This document shows, in pieces, positions 13,428 through 24,307 of a stretch of 64,000 nucleotides of DNA (position 1 is the first letter of the stretch; the number at the start of each line of letters is the position of its first letter). The translations under genes were made by a program, and so were the position numbers. Under the pieces are notes generated by a model. That model was not told where the DNA came from. It saw only the letters and a program-made list of their open reading frames with translations, and ran no database searches. The DNA is from Oikopleura dioica (Eukaryota; Animalia; Chordata), in NCBI GenBank assembly GCA_907165135.1, contig OU015566.1, positions 13,454,001 through 13,518,000 on the forward strand. Reading direction: 5' to 3'.

Positions 13428-14237
13428 GTAACATACCCCACCCCCAAGTTTTCGCGCATTCCTCGGTACATTTTCCGTAATTTACTCTTCCTGAATTGTC
13501 CGAAAATCCCCAAATTTACGCCGCTTAACTTTTCCGCGCGCTCCCAAATTTACTCTCGCGGCGCTGATTGGCTACGCCGGTTGACTTTCTGAGTGCGCAA
13601 AAGTCTTGTTTAGCTCGCTCCGGGCAAAGAAAGGATGATCTTTTATAAAAAGCCAGATGCCGTTATAGGGCAGCCCTATCTTATGTTATCTTGGATAAAA
13701 TAATTGTTTATTATTACAGTGGAGATGGATGAGAAGTTTTTATTCAGAATTTTTCAGTCGTTACGACTTCTGCGGAGCAAAATCCTGACCTCAATATTTT
13801 AAGTTACTCGAATGGTATGATTTTTATGTGTCCAAGCCACAAAAAATTTCCAATTCTAGCGCATCAAGTGCCTGAAAACCAACTGTATTCGACTTCTTTT
13901 CACATGCTTTTAGTATTTGCCTGTTACTTATAATTATCTATTCTAAGTTGAGTTAAAATTTCTGTCAATACAACTTTGAAAACATGCACTAATAAATAAG
14001 TATTACTAAATTTTCTTTCGCGCCCTTTAATGAATCATTAGCATTGTCAACTTGACGCGCATTTCAGCGGGTCGCGAGTAAATTTGGGCGCACGCGGAAA
14101 AGTTAGGAGAAGAAATTTGGAAACGCGGGGGAACGCGAGGAAGCGTAAATTTCGGGGGTTTCGGAAAAGTTAGGAAACGTAAACTTGGGCGAAATACCAC
14201 GAATTGCGCGGAAATTTAGGGGGGGGGGGTATGTTAC
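13428..14237. mobile_element. MITE with imperfect ~150-bp terminal inverted repeats
   Basis: Left end GTAACATACCCCACCCCCAAGTTTTCGCGCA versus right end ...GCGCGGAAATTTAGGGGGGGGGGGTATGTTAC. Inner TAACTTTTCCGCG..CCCAAATTTACTC is also mirrored. No TSD seen. Confidence 0.75.
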
Positions 14238-14455
14238 TCTATTTACGAAATAATCTTTATCGGACATAAGCTTTAATATCAAATAGCGATGTATCACAAC
14301 GTGCTTGGCGGTTAGTTCTGAATCATCGATCAGAAATTTTCGATTTTTACGGCAGAAAAAATAACGATAAGAAAAAGCGACTGATCCATCACGTGAGCGA
14401 GGAAGCACAAGGCACGTTCGGTTCCGCAAAATTTCGAAGAACTCTTCTTAGAGGA

Positions 14456-14626
14456 AAATGTCCACGAATGTCCCGAAATGCCCCCGAATGTCCCCAAATG
14501 TCTCAAAATGTCCAAAAATGTCCCCAAATATCCCCAAATGTCCCAAATGTCCAAAAATGTCCCGGAAAATGTCCTTGAATGTCCCCAAATAGCCTCAAAT
14601 GTCCCTGAATGTCCACGAATGTACGG
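14456..14626. repeat. 10-bp minisatellite (AATGTCCCNN), about 16 units
   Basis: Directly visible tandem units such as aatgtcccga, aatgtcccca and aatgtccaaa. Confidence 0.9.
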
Positions 14627-14862
14627 AAGATTAGAATTATCAAATCTGCAAATTTTAGCGTGTTTTATTGAGAGGGAAATTGAAAAGTGAAAGTATTTCT
14701 GAAGAATGTTGTTCAACAAAGAGCCAGGCCGAGTAATGCCAAGCTGTAAACAAAATTGATGTTACTGTTAGTGGCTTACAGTAGCTGTCATGAAAAGCAC
14801 GATATGAACGGAAATATCTTATTAGAAAAAATTTCCAATAAAGCCAAAGTGCGAAGTTTTGC

Positions 14863-15882
14863 CATGATGGTATGATTGTACAAAAGTCTTCAGGACGTCG
14901 CGCAAATGGCTTAATTTAAATTTAAAAAGTTGCAACTGTAGTGCGAATTTACCCTTTTCGAAGATTGTGATGTTGACTTTGATGATGATTTTGAAGATGT
15001 TGTATTTGATCGGCGAGAATAAGCCCACACAAGTTCTCGATTTCATGCATTTCAAGATCGACTAAACTCTCTTTCCTAACTAAATCTAAAGAGGGATTGA
15101 GTTGTTGTTAGTGCAGATGTCCTAACGTAAGACGCAGCTGCTGTAGAAGGAATGAAGCTTGTAAATATCTGGATAGCCAGATTGGTGAAAATCAACAAAA
15201 GATTCAACAAAAAAGAACAAAATTGAATAAATCGGGAAGAAACGCATTTCTCAAATGATGTTTCTTGAAAATGATGTTCCTTCTATAAATGTATGGAAAA
15301 CACGTCTCACTCTGTTTTATTCATAATGCTGTTTTGAAGTTGCAAAAGAAAAAAAAACACCGATTTTCAAAGCCTTTTTAGACATCGAGAAAACGTAGTT
15401 AAGTCAATTATTGATTGCAAAGGTCTTCAATAATTTTGATAAGAATTGAACTGAACTTTCAGCTGTTGAAACATTTTGGTCAGATTGAAGTGGCTTATGT
15501 TACGTATTTCGAAAGTTACGATCAGCCACCACACATCTAAAATAATAAACGGAATTATGCGGCGAAATTCGATTCATTTTTGTCATCAATCTGTCTTCTA
15601 CTGTAACCTAGAAAGTAGCACAGTGAAAAACATGCCTTTCCTCCGGTGAAAAACATCAACGCTAATAATTAGCTTTCGTTTTAATTCAAAGCCCCTTGAA
15701 AACAACTCATTCGAAAATATTGACAGTGATGCGCTTTGAACATATTGTGCACCGTGTTCCTGCTCAATTTCTAATTCATTTCTGTGTGTCGCCCAATAAA
15801 CGAAGCACGAAACGATAACGAGGTATAACAATGATAACGACCGCTTCCCCAGAATTTCGAAACACCAATTGGGAGAGGACAT
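14863..15882 (-). CDS. Probable multi-exon type II membrane protein gene, structure unresolved
   Basis: ORF 15882-15598 has an N-terminal hydrophobic segment. Downstream exon-like frames (HQSGYPDIYKLHSF; LEMHEIENLCGLILADQIQHLQNHHQSQHH) have GT-AG boundaries. Confidence 0.3.
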
Positions 15883-16020
15883 TTAGAGGGGTTTTTCAAA
15901 TGAAGAGTTGCTACTTTTTCGATTCAGCCTCTGAAAATCAATTGGTTAATGATTTTTAAATACAGGAGGTAACATTTTAAAGGGGATTTTCGAGCGGTTC
16001 TTTAACGAAGAGTTAACAAA

Positions 16021-16155
16021 GTGACACCCTTAATTTTTTTTTCGATTTTTGAAGATTTTAAGCCATTTTTGACTCTTTCGGTCGGAATCTTGCCTGAAAA
16101 ATTTGATCAAAAAATCCATTTTAGAATTTTTTGAAGGGAAAATTAAGGGTGTCAC
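16021..16155. mobile_element. Small MITE with 17-bp TIR GTGACACCCTTAATTTT
   Basis: Perfect inverted pair at 16021 and 16139-16155. The same motif recurs near 24360-24375 and 34003. Confidence 0.7.
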
Positions 16156-16700
16156 AATGTTATCTGTGCCATAAAAATCGTGGCTCGGAATGACTGCTAT
16201 TTCTGCAGTTTAAAATTTTGCTCTCTTGGAAAAACAAATAAGCAGGTAAGGGAAAGTTTGTTAGAAGGAGACTCGGTGGAGGAATATTCAGACTTTGATG
16301 AGGGGGCCCTCCGGATGCAGCTCATCCGATAGATGCACTTCCATCGAGGAAAGAACTTCTGAGCTACCGTGAACAAATTTTCTAATAAAAAAGCTGCAAT
16401 AGCAGAGATAGAAAAAATAAAGGATTTCTAAAGCCAAGCGAGGTGGTGATTTTGATGAAACTTTTATATCCGTGAAATTATTTTTTGCGAGGTAGTAAGT
16501 ACCTAGGTATTCATGCGATTTGCGTGGAGCCGCTTGAGATTCATAACTACTACGTCGTTCGCTTTTAGGTAGAAACTAACTGTTTCAAAAGTATTTTCTT
16601 CCGTTACACAAAATCAATAATAATGAGGAGGTGCGAATTCTGCTTCTCTTTAAATCGAGACCCGCTTTTTCGTAAAAACACAAAATTGATAATTTCCATT

Positions 16701-16985
16701 ATGCATCCGAAAGATGAGGCAAAAGAGATTTTGGTCTGTCTTATCGTTTTCAACATCGTTCTTCCAATCGTTCTTTGGTTTTTCGAAGATTTTTTCATCG
16801 GAAAGCAAGAAACCAAACGATGGAAACGGAGTCCAAAAGATCGAACAATCGAAAGAATGTATGATTTGGTCTGTATTCTCCTCAGAACTCTGACTATCGG
16901 TATCACTATGTTGTACTCAGAACATATTGTGGTAAAATTTAACATATCTTACGATGCTGATTCGATCAGCATTCGATCAGCTTAG
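16701..16985 (+). CDS. Hypothetical small protein with two hydrophobic segments
   Basis: ORF MHPKDEAKEILVCLIVFNIVLPIVLWFF...YDLVCILLRTLTIGITMLY. No family recognised. Confidence 0.3.
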   Translation: MHPKDEAKEILVCLIVFNIVLPIVLWFFEDFFIGKQETKRWKRSPKDRTIERMYDLVCILLRTLTIGITMLYSEHIVVKFNISYDADSISIRSA

Positions 16986-17054
16986 CTCATTCAGCAAAAT
17001 TTCCAGTTGAGTTTAAGCTAAAGCTAAGCAAAAAAGGCGAAATTTTCAACTCCT

Positions 17055-17220
17055 GGAAAGAATTCTTTTAAGCGAAATTTTCGCGAAAATTTTTGGTAAA
17101 AAGCGAAAGCGAAGCGAAGCGAATTGAAATTACAAAAAGCGAAAGCGAAGCGAAGTGAATTCGCTTCGCTTCGCTTCGCTTCGCTCATGAGCGAATTCGC
17201 AAAGCGAATCCAGACCCCTG
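17055..17220. repeat. (GCGAA)n/(TTCGC)n pentanucleotide foldback ending in CCAGACCCCTG, probably one end of a MITE
   Basis: GCGAAGCGAAGTGAATTCGCTTCGCTTCGC hairpin. Terminal CAGGGG (reverse strand) has no partner nearby. Confidence 0.7.
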
Positions 17221-17414
17221 TTACGATGAATTGAGATTTATTGACCGACTAATGGCCTTTTATTCAATTTGGTTTTTTATCTCAATTATTCGTTTCTTAT
17301 TCTTGTTTGTAAAAGATTCCTTCTTCGACCTGATAATCCCTACTCATTATGTTGGCCATGATTAAAAACACTAAACTGACAAAAAAGGTCCTCTGATAAA
17401 CGTGTTCGTTGTAC

Positions 17415-17727
17415 TCATTTAACATCATCAATAAATCCCCATATCCGAAATTCCATCCGTGCCTCCGTTTCTCCCACGTGTTTTCCTGCCCTTGCAGATA
17501 CCCCTTTTATGAAATGAATAATCTGCTCGGATTTATACAGGTATTAAATTTTATTCGACAAAGAAGGAGCAGGATTAAAAAGTCGAAATCTGAAGCAGCT
17601 CTGTTTTGGCGGATCGTTGTTGATAATTGGACGTCTTAAATAATTCGACGAGGAACGCACTAAAATGAGATCATCCACTCAAAATCGTACCTGATTGATT
17701 TCTCCAGCTTCTCGATCTAGATTGCAT
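17415..17727 (-). CDS. Hypothetical small 3-exon protein (about 80 aa)
   Basis: The frame MQSRSRSWRNQS-VRSSSNYLRRP...-WVSARAGKH...DDVK* is kept across two short GT-AG introns (about 31 and 35 bp). Confidence 0.3.
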
Positions 17728-18102
17728 AGAAAAAAGCGGAAGAATTGAGTTTTGAGTTTTGAATTTTCAGACGGTGATCAGCGGGACTTTGCTCTATTCA
17801 AGAGTTTTATATAAGCGCTACATGCCATAGCATGTGGGAAAATGTTTTTGATGCAAAACTAGAACCGAAATTGAGGGACTTAGGTCTTTTTTAGAAGACT
17901 TTATCGTGAAAAAATGGGTCAAATTAAACTTCAATTCCTTCAAAAAACCTGTTGAAAAATAAATCAACTGTCAAATTTTCCCGATTTTCCGAGACCGCAA
18001 AAGTTCTTTCCTAGCACGTTTTTCGCGGTGTAAACTAACCTTCCTTACACCCTAAGAAACTTGTCAAAGAAAGTCGATGTTCATCAGTAATCCGCTTCTT
18101 TC

Positions 18103-18700
18103 TCAAGCCCGGTCGTTTAAAACTCGTTCCTTTAGCTTTTGAAGAAATTTCGAGGCGGATTTCGTGCTTGGCGAAGTATTTTTTCGCGGCTGATTGCTCA
18201 CTGTCTTTTTCGGGGCGACTACAGGAGCTACAGGGGCTACAGGAGCTGGAGTAGGCGCAGGAGAAGGGGGTGAGAACGCTTTTAGGTCTTGTTTCACTTC
18301 TTCTAGAGCTTTTTTCGTGACTTGAAGTTGATCAGCTTTCTTTTGCTCCGGCTTTTCGAACTTTTTCTCGGCAGATTCGACCATTTTATCCTTCCGTTTT
18401 GTGATCATTTGTATCATTTGCGCGCAGTCTTTAAAAAAAGGTTGAAACTCTCAAGGTAAAATGAGCTGATACTGTCTTCCATCTTGATCAAATTTCAAAG
18501 AAAGAGACTAATTATTTTTTTCTAAATTTTGATCGATCTTTGTTGTTTTTCGTACCTTTTTCTATTCTAGTGATAACATCCTTCTTCTTCGCCGCAATAG
18601 CCGCTCGGGAGCGCTCAATTCTTGTAATCGCATTTTGCAACTCGCTAGCCTTGGCTTCCAGCGCTGGTTTGGACTTGAGAGGAGCAGCCGTAACCTCGGT
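18103..18700 (-). CDS. Hypothetical Lys/Ala/Pro-rich coiled-coil protein, 3' exons (5' end unresolved)
   Basis: Two consecutive ORFs (18718-18512 and 18417-18103) joinable by a GT-AG intron; PAPTPAPVAPVAP segment. Confidence 0.45.
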
Positions 18701-19309
18701 CTGTTTCACGGTTAACAAACGTTACTTCCTCTTACAGGAGCCCTGTTATACATTTTTGACTAGAAATAAAGAGGCAAAATTTGGGCCCATAATTGTCGAA
18801 GAAAAAATGGAAAACAGGCCCAAAATTGTCGATTTTTGACTAAAAAAAAGGGAGGCCAATCTCTGATTGGCCAATTTTTTGTTAAAATTACCAATCTTGG
18901 GCCGGATTTTAGAATAAAAATCGACAATCTTGGACGGAAGAAGAGCCTTGAAGCTCGAATTTTACTGTAAAAGAAGTTGGAATTATGAAATTAATCATTG
19001 AAATTTGCGCCTAAATTTATTTGATTCGGCCGTGGAATAATCCCTAAATTTCTCCAGCAGGTGCAGTGAGCCACGAGTGGTTCCTCAGAAGATGAGCTCT
19101 TACTTCAACTAACAATTTGAGGTTTCAAGCGGAATTTTTAGAAGAATCACGTTCTCACGCAATTGGAAACTTGTTTCCTCTTATACTGTCTTCTTCCTAC
19201 GGGGGAGAAAGAAATGGAGAAATATTTGCAATGGGATTAATGATAACGTTTGTAGCGAGGTGTTTTTGTAAGCAAAATTGATCGACAAAGAGATTTTTTT
19301 ATTGAAAAA

Positions 19310-20778
19310 ATGGAGAAAAAAGACGAAATTCCTGGTTATAAAGTTGAAGGATTTCTAGGAAAAGGAGCTTTTGGAATGGCTCTTTTGCTCTCATCTATTG
19401 ATGGTAAATTTTGCTGATGATGATATTTGGGTGATGAGATTTTTAGACAAAAATAAAAAAGCGGTGGCTAAAAAGGTGACGATTCAGAGTCAAGAAGATC
19501 AGCATTTAGGAAAAAGGGTTGAAAATTAGTAGCCTCATCATCTTTAATACAGATGCTCCTTGAAAAAACGACTATTTTCATCAAAGTCAGGCCGTCTTAT
19601 TCCTTAAAGTTTTTAAGGCTTAAACGCCAAAAAGACTACTTAGTAAATCGGCCAATCATTGATTGGCAATCAACTTGTATGATGAAAATTTCGCTATCAA
19701 GAGAAATGTCTGTAGAGTTTTCAACCTTGAAAAGCGGCAGAAGAAGCTCTACTCCTCAGATCTATCAACAACCCAAATATTGTCAGATATACTGACTTTC
19801 ACATTGAGCTCGGGTATGTACCCCCCTTTTCCCTTCTTTTTACTGTCTTTCTTTAAACAGTCGGCATTGTTACATAATCATGGAGTTTTGCGATGGAGGA
19901 GATCTGAAGGGCCGAATCGAGCACTACCAAAAGTCCGGTGAAAAACTACAAACTGGCCGAAGCCTCATTTGGATTACCCAACTGGCTTTGAAATACTGTC
20001 ACGAGAGAAACATCCTCCATCGTGACCTGAAGCCCGAAAACATTTTCGTAATGAAAGACAATCTGACGGCAAAGCTGGGCGATTTCGGAGTCGCTCGGAA
20101 ACTATCGTTCGCCTGCCAACTCGCCAGTACTGTTTGTGGAACGCCGCTCAATTTCTCGCCAGAGTTGATTGAGGGCAAGCCCTATGCAAAGCCCACGGAT
20201 ATTTGGGCACTAGGATGCGTGATTTACGAGCTGACGTTTTTGGAACACCCGTTTTTGGGGCCAAACGAAACTGGGAATTTATTCCAACTTGGTCAAAAGG
20301 TATTTTTTAATAATTTGAGAACAAGGATGTGGCCTAAGTTGTCTGTATTTCAGAGATGAGTCATCTCTGATGACCTTGTTCATCCGTGATTCGGTAAATG
20401 TGTGGCCTTGTTCATCCTCAAAATTCCTGCATGTATGCCCTCGTTGATCCCGATGCAGCAAGTATGAGAATGAACAAGGCCACACATTCACATAATCACG
20501 GATGAACAAGGTCATCTCTGAAATACAGTGCTCGATTTCAGCGAATTCCACTTTAACTACTAATTTCATAGATTCTGGCCGTCAACTACCCCCGAAAAAA
20601 CTGCTATCTCGGCCTCTTGGCTGACAAATGCCTTTCCCGAAAGCCCGAAAACCGCTTTTCAATCCAGCAAATCCTCGCCGACCCAAACCTCTCCCGAATC
20701 CAAGGCAAATTCAATCGCAACATCGAAACGTCAAAAATATACGTGTCCGAACTCATGGCCTGTTTAAAACTGAACTAA
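19310..20778 (+). CDS. NIMA-related (NEK-like) Ser/Thr protein kinase
   Basis: GKGAFG loop, AVAKK, EEALLLRSINNPNIV, IMEFCDGGDL, HRDLKPENIF, KLGDFG, GTPLNFSPE, DIWALGCVIYEL, KCLSRKPENR. Approximate exons 19310-19403, 19447-19509, 19735-19814, 19861-20299, ~20572-20778. Confidence 0.9.
20343..20528. mobile_element. Palindromic MITE in the last NEK intron
   Basis: CTGTATTTCAGAGATGA..CCTTGTTCATCCGTGATT mirrored at 20494-20528. Inner AATGTGTGGCCTTGTTCAT is also mirrored. Confidence 0.85.
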
Positions 20779-20956
20779 TCGTAGATACGATCGTAATTCT
20801 TCATTTAATAAAATGCGTAATATTTTTGAAATGAACGAAAAACGCGTAAATCCCTCCAAAAAAAAACGGCAAATTTCGGCTTTAGCGTAACGACAAATAC
20901 GCTGCTCGTTAGCAGATTTTCGAGGATTTATGCATCGTAAAATAATTTTTGGGTCG

Positions 20957-22822
20957 TTATTTTTTTGAACCGTTTTCCTGATAGCTTGAGACTCTTCGTT
21001 TGATACCGCCGTGGAATTCGTACTTTGTGATTGCTTGAGCCATTTTCATGTTTTTCTGGAGCAAGTCGATTCCTCCTTCGCCGTATTCGATGATGTTTCT
21101 TTCAGGATGGCTTTCTAGTGCTTATTTCACTTTAAAGCTAGGGTGGGCAAGATTATCGAAGTCAATGAGCAGTAGGGGGCGCTGTTTAGACCTATCTGAG
21201 AGTCGTCCTGAGCCAATCAGAGGCCGGTATTGCTTCCATCAGCCAATCAGAAGCGAGCGAATCCCCTACAAACCCCTTCAACCTAACCCTTTGACCACCC
21301 TAGTTCTAGAGCTTATCTTCTATCTCAAGATACACGGTAACCGCTCTAAGTACCGTATCTCCCCCTCAATCAAGTATAAAGCCACGTTCCTACAAGTCGG
21401 ACAGAAAAACTGATACAGTCGCTTTTGCTGTTCTTCAGAAGCATCTACAACGCGCTTGATGCAGCCTTAGAAATGGGTTCCTTCTGTATGAAATTAGTGC
21501 TATCGTAATATCGTGTGCACCTCGTTACGAAAAAGGGTAACTGTTAAAATAGCTTAGATAAGGACGGCTCGAGGAGATTAAAATGCATCTGGAATGAGTT
21601 ATCCGCTCACGCAAGGGGGCTGATTACATTATCCGAAACTCGGCAAGAAATCTGCAGGAATATTTCATTTTCATTTTACAATATTTTACTTGAAAATTCT
21701 ATAATCAGTGGATTCAAATATTCAAGTTTAATGAGCGTAGCGAATTTCGAAGAAATTTTTCATTCATTATTTTTGATAATAAGTGATTAAGGACCCCCCG
21801 TCAGCTTTTTCCTTCGAAAAATTGAAATTTTTAAAAGCGCCATATTTTTGGTTCCTAATGCGTCCCCAGGTTAAACTTGCCTCAAAAACTCGATAAGAGG
21901 AATTTTTCATGAACATTTTTGCTGAAATTAGCGCAAATTCGTCAATTTTCGGTGAAAAGTCCAATTTTCAAATGCGAAGGAGTCGAGATAGACCCACAAA
22001 AAATGAAGCCTCAAAATCGTTTTTCACCCGTAGAATCCATTTCCGGGGTCAAAATTTTAAAATTCCGAAATTCGTTTTTTTTTTGTAAAAAGCTGACGGG
22101 GGGTCCTTAAAGATCTAAGAGCATAAAAGCGGCTTGATCTTTTGATAAGTAATTAAGATAAAATAATCAAAAGAAACATGTGTATGTAATTATGATTAGA
22201 CATCTGTTTCCCGGATGAAGAGTAGATTTAAGCAACAAGGTTGAGAAAAAATTCAGAAAATAGAATAAAATGCAACTTTTATGAAGAAAATTTAGTGATA
22301 AAACGTTCTTGAGAACTTTTTACTGCTAAGTATTTTTTATTCTCTACATAATTTGTTATCATCCGAGAACTCCTTTTGCCGGTGATTGACGATCCTGATG
22401 ATGATTAAAAGAATACATCAATTATAGTACCTCTATAATAAAAAAGAAAGAACCTTTTCCTTTACAAAAAGTATGCCCGCACGGCAAAAACAGCGGTTTC
22501 GCATACAAATCTAAGCAAACAGGGCATCTCAAATCAATCGGAATCGAAACATTTTTCTTCAATTTTCTCGAGTGCGATCCACAGCTATTCAGATCAGGAG
22601 AAGCAGGGCCAGAAGAACTTCCAGTTTTGGGCGCTCGGTTGGGAAGAGCAGCTGATTTCGAAGCCGCTCCAGAGGAGGCGGAGTTGGAGCCGGACGAAGA
22701 TGGAAAACGAGAGAAAACAAGGGTTGCGTCTTCGTAATTGCTGGCTTCGGCAATGTCGGAAGTTGACTTGGAGAGGTTGCTTCGCATCCGCAGACCTTGG
22801 GTGTCTACATCCAACTCGCTTT
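20957..22822 (-). CDS. RING-HC (TRIM-like RING) protein; 5' end unresolved
   Basis: Exons 22822-22460, 21465-21390, 21098-20957 give [29 protein letters not shown]...FFCPTCR-NIIEYGEGGIDLLQKNMKM. Both introns need GA donors. Confidence 0.75.
21791..22106. mobile_element. MITE with TTAA target-site duplication and GG...CC termini (Kolobok-type signature), inside a RING-gene intron
   Basis: TTAA|GGACCCCCCGTCAGCTTTT ... AAAAGCTGACGGGGGGTCC|TTAA. Confidence 0.88.
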
Positions 22823-24058
22823 CTAAGAGAAAATATTATTCAAAAAGCGAGATGGCTTGATGAAAGGGTTGAAAAGAGAAGTTTCTAAAGAGGACTTTCT
22901 TCCAGCAAAACCTAATTGATATAATTTGTTCCTTAGCCAATCAGAGCCTTGATGGAAAATTTTCGTTATCAAGAGGATTTGCTGTAGCTTTCTTGAGAAT
23001 TTTTTTGTTAGAAAAAAGCTGTAAAATTATCGCTAGAATTTTAAAAGCGTTCGGGTTCTGTCCCCCTTTTTTCATTAGAAATTTTAAACGGGATTGATTC
23101 AGGTGCGTAAATTTTCCTTTCTAAATCAAATTCTCGCTCAAAATCAACCTCCATGCGAGATCGATTAATTACGAGCAAAATCCGTCTCTCCGATTTGTTA
23201 GAGCCGTTATACGATGAGATTAGCTCAAGGATAAGTGCGGATTTGATTTCAAGCTTCATTTACGAAAAAACCGGGAAGAAGACTGTGAGTTGAGCGACTG
23301 GAGGTTTCCAAGCAATTGGCTCAGAACTCGCCCCAGAATTGAAAGCGGTTCCAGCGAAATTCTTATAAAACCTCTTGAACATTTGTTATTTCGGGATAAT
23401 GAGGGAAAGGGTTGCGGCTTTGGAGGAGCTCTTCACAGACACGTAAGGATCGGTTGAAACGGGATTTGTGCAGTTTAGGAGTAATTACTTCATTGTCGAC
23501 TAGACTGTCTGGTAGACATCGATATCGAGGCCCACGATTGTGAAAGCAACGAAAAAATTGCTCAAGGTCAACGATTTATCAATTTGAATCTTTCGTGCAG
23601 CGCTCTGATTGGTTAATGTCGCGGTATCATGATAACTCATGATTGATAATCATGAGCGCCTTTTTCAAAGCTCTATCGACAATCTTGGACCCAAAAATCG
23701 CTCAATTTCTTGTCGACAGTCTCCAAAAAAGCCTATTTATCCGTGAATACCCTCTTCTTGATTTTTTGATAACAGGCCTGAAAGACGAAGATTTCCGTTT
23801 CAACCTTTTTTTTCTAAAAGAAAAAACACGTTACGGAAAAAAAAACGCTCGGCGAACGCAAGCACCATAATTTCTAAAACAGTGATTTGTTACGAAATGA
23901 GCAGGGCGAAACAGCGCTGCACAAATATCGCGGCCCGATCAAGCAAAAAAAAGCGCCAGGTTGAAAAATCGAATTTACGAATTTATTCGGGAGGTTTAGA
24001 AAACGCGCTGAGAAAAGAAGAAGCATTAAATTGGTGAAATCATAGAAAATACTAAAAT

Positions 24059-24307
24059 AAATATTCTTTTAATCCCTTCTTATGACTTGGCGAATAAACG
24101 ACGGAGAATTTAGCAAAGTGATACCCTTAATATTTCTGCAAAAGAAAGATCGATAATTTTTTTTTAAATAAGGGCCCCTTATTAAGGGGGTGTTTATTTT
24201 AAAAGAAATTATAAATCTTTCTTTTGCAGTAATATTAAGGGTATCACTTTGTTATTTTATTCTCGATCGTTTTTGATGGATTGTAAGAAGGGATTAAAAG
24301 AATATTT
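24059..24307. mobile_element. Palindromic MITE
   Basis: Perfect 24-bp TIR AAATATTCTTTTAATCCCTTCTTA. The inner 37-bp arm CAAAGTGATACCCTTAATATT.CTGCAAAAGAAAGAT is mirrored with one mismatch. Confidence 0.85.

Larger units (their letters stand above)
12326..14628. mobile_element. Putative composite foldback-like element bounded by inverted copies of a 10-bp GAATGTCCC repeat
   Basis: TTCGGAACATTCCTGGACATTCAGGGAAATT at 12326 matches the reverse complement of 14597-14628 with a few mismatches. The interior holds GAGC arrays and a MITE. Confidence 0.45.

Noticed and set aside
14330-14719. ORFs of 61-129 aa over the 10-bp minisatellite
   Set aside because: By-products of the tandem repeat; low-complexity translations.
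23260-23576. About 105-codon open frame without ATG on the minus strand
   Set aside because: Could be an upstream exon of the RING gene, but no compatible splice path was found.
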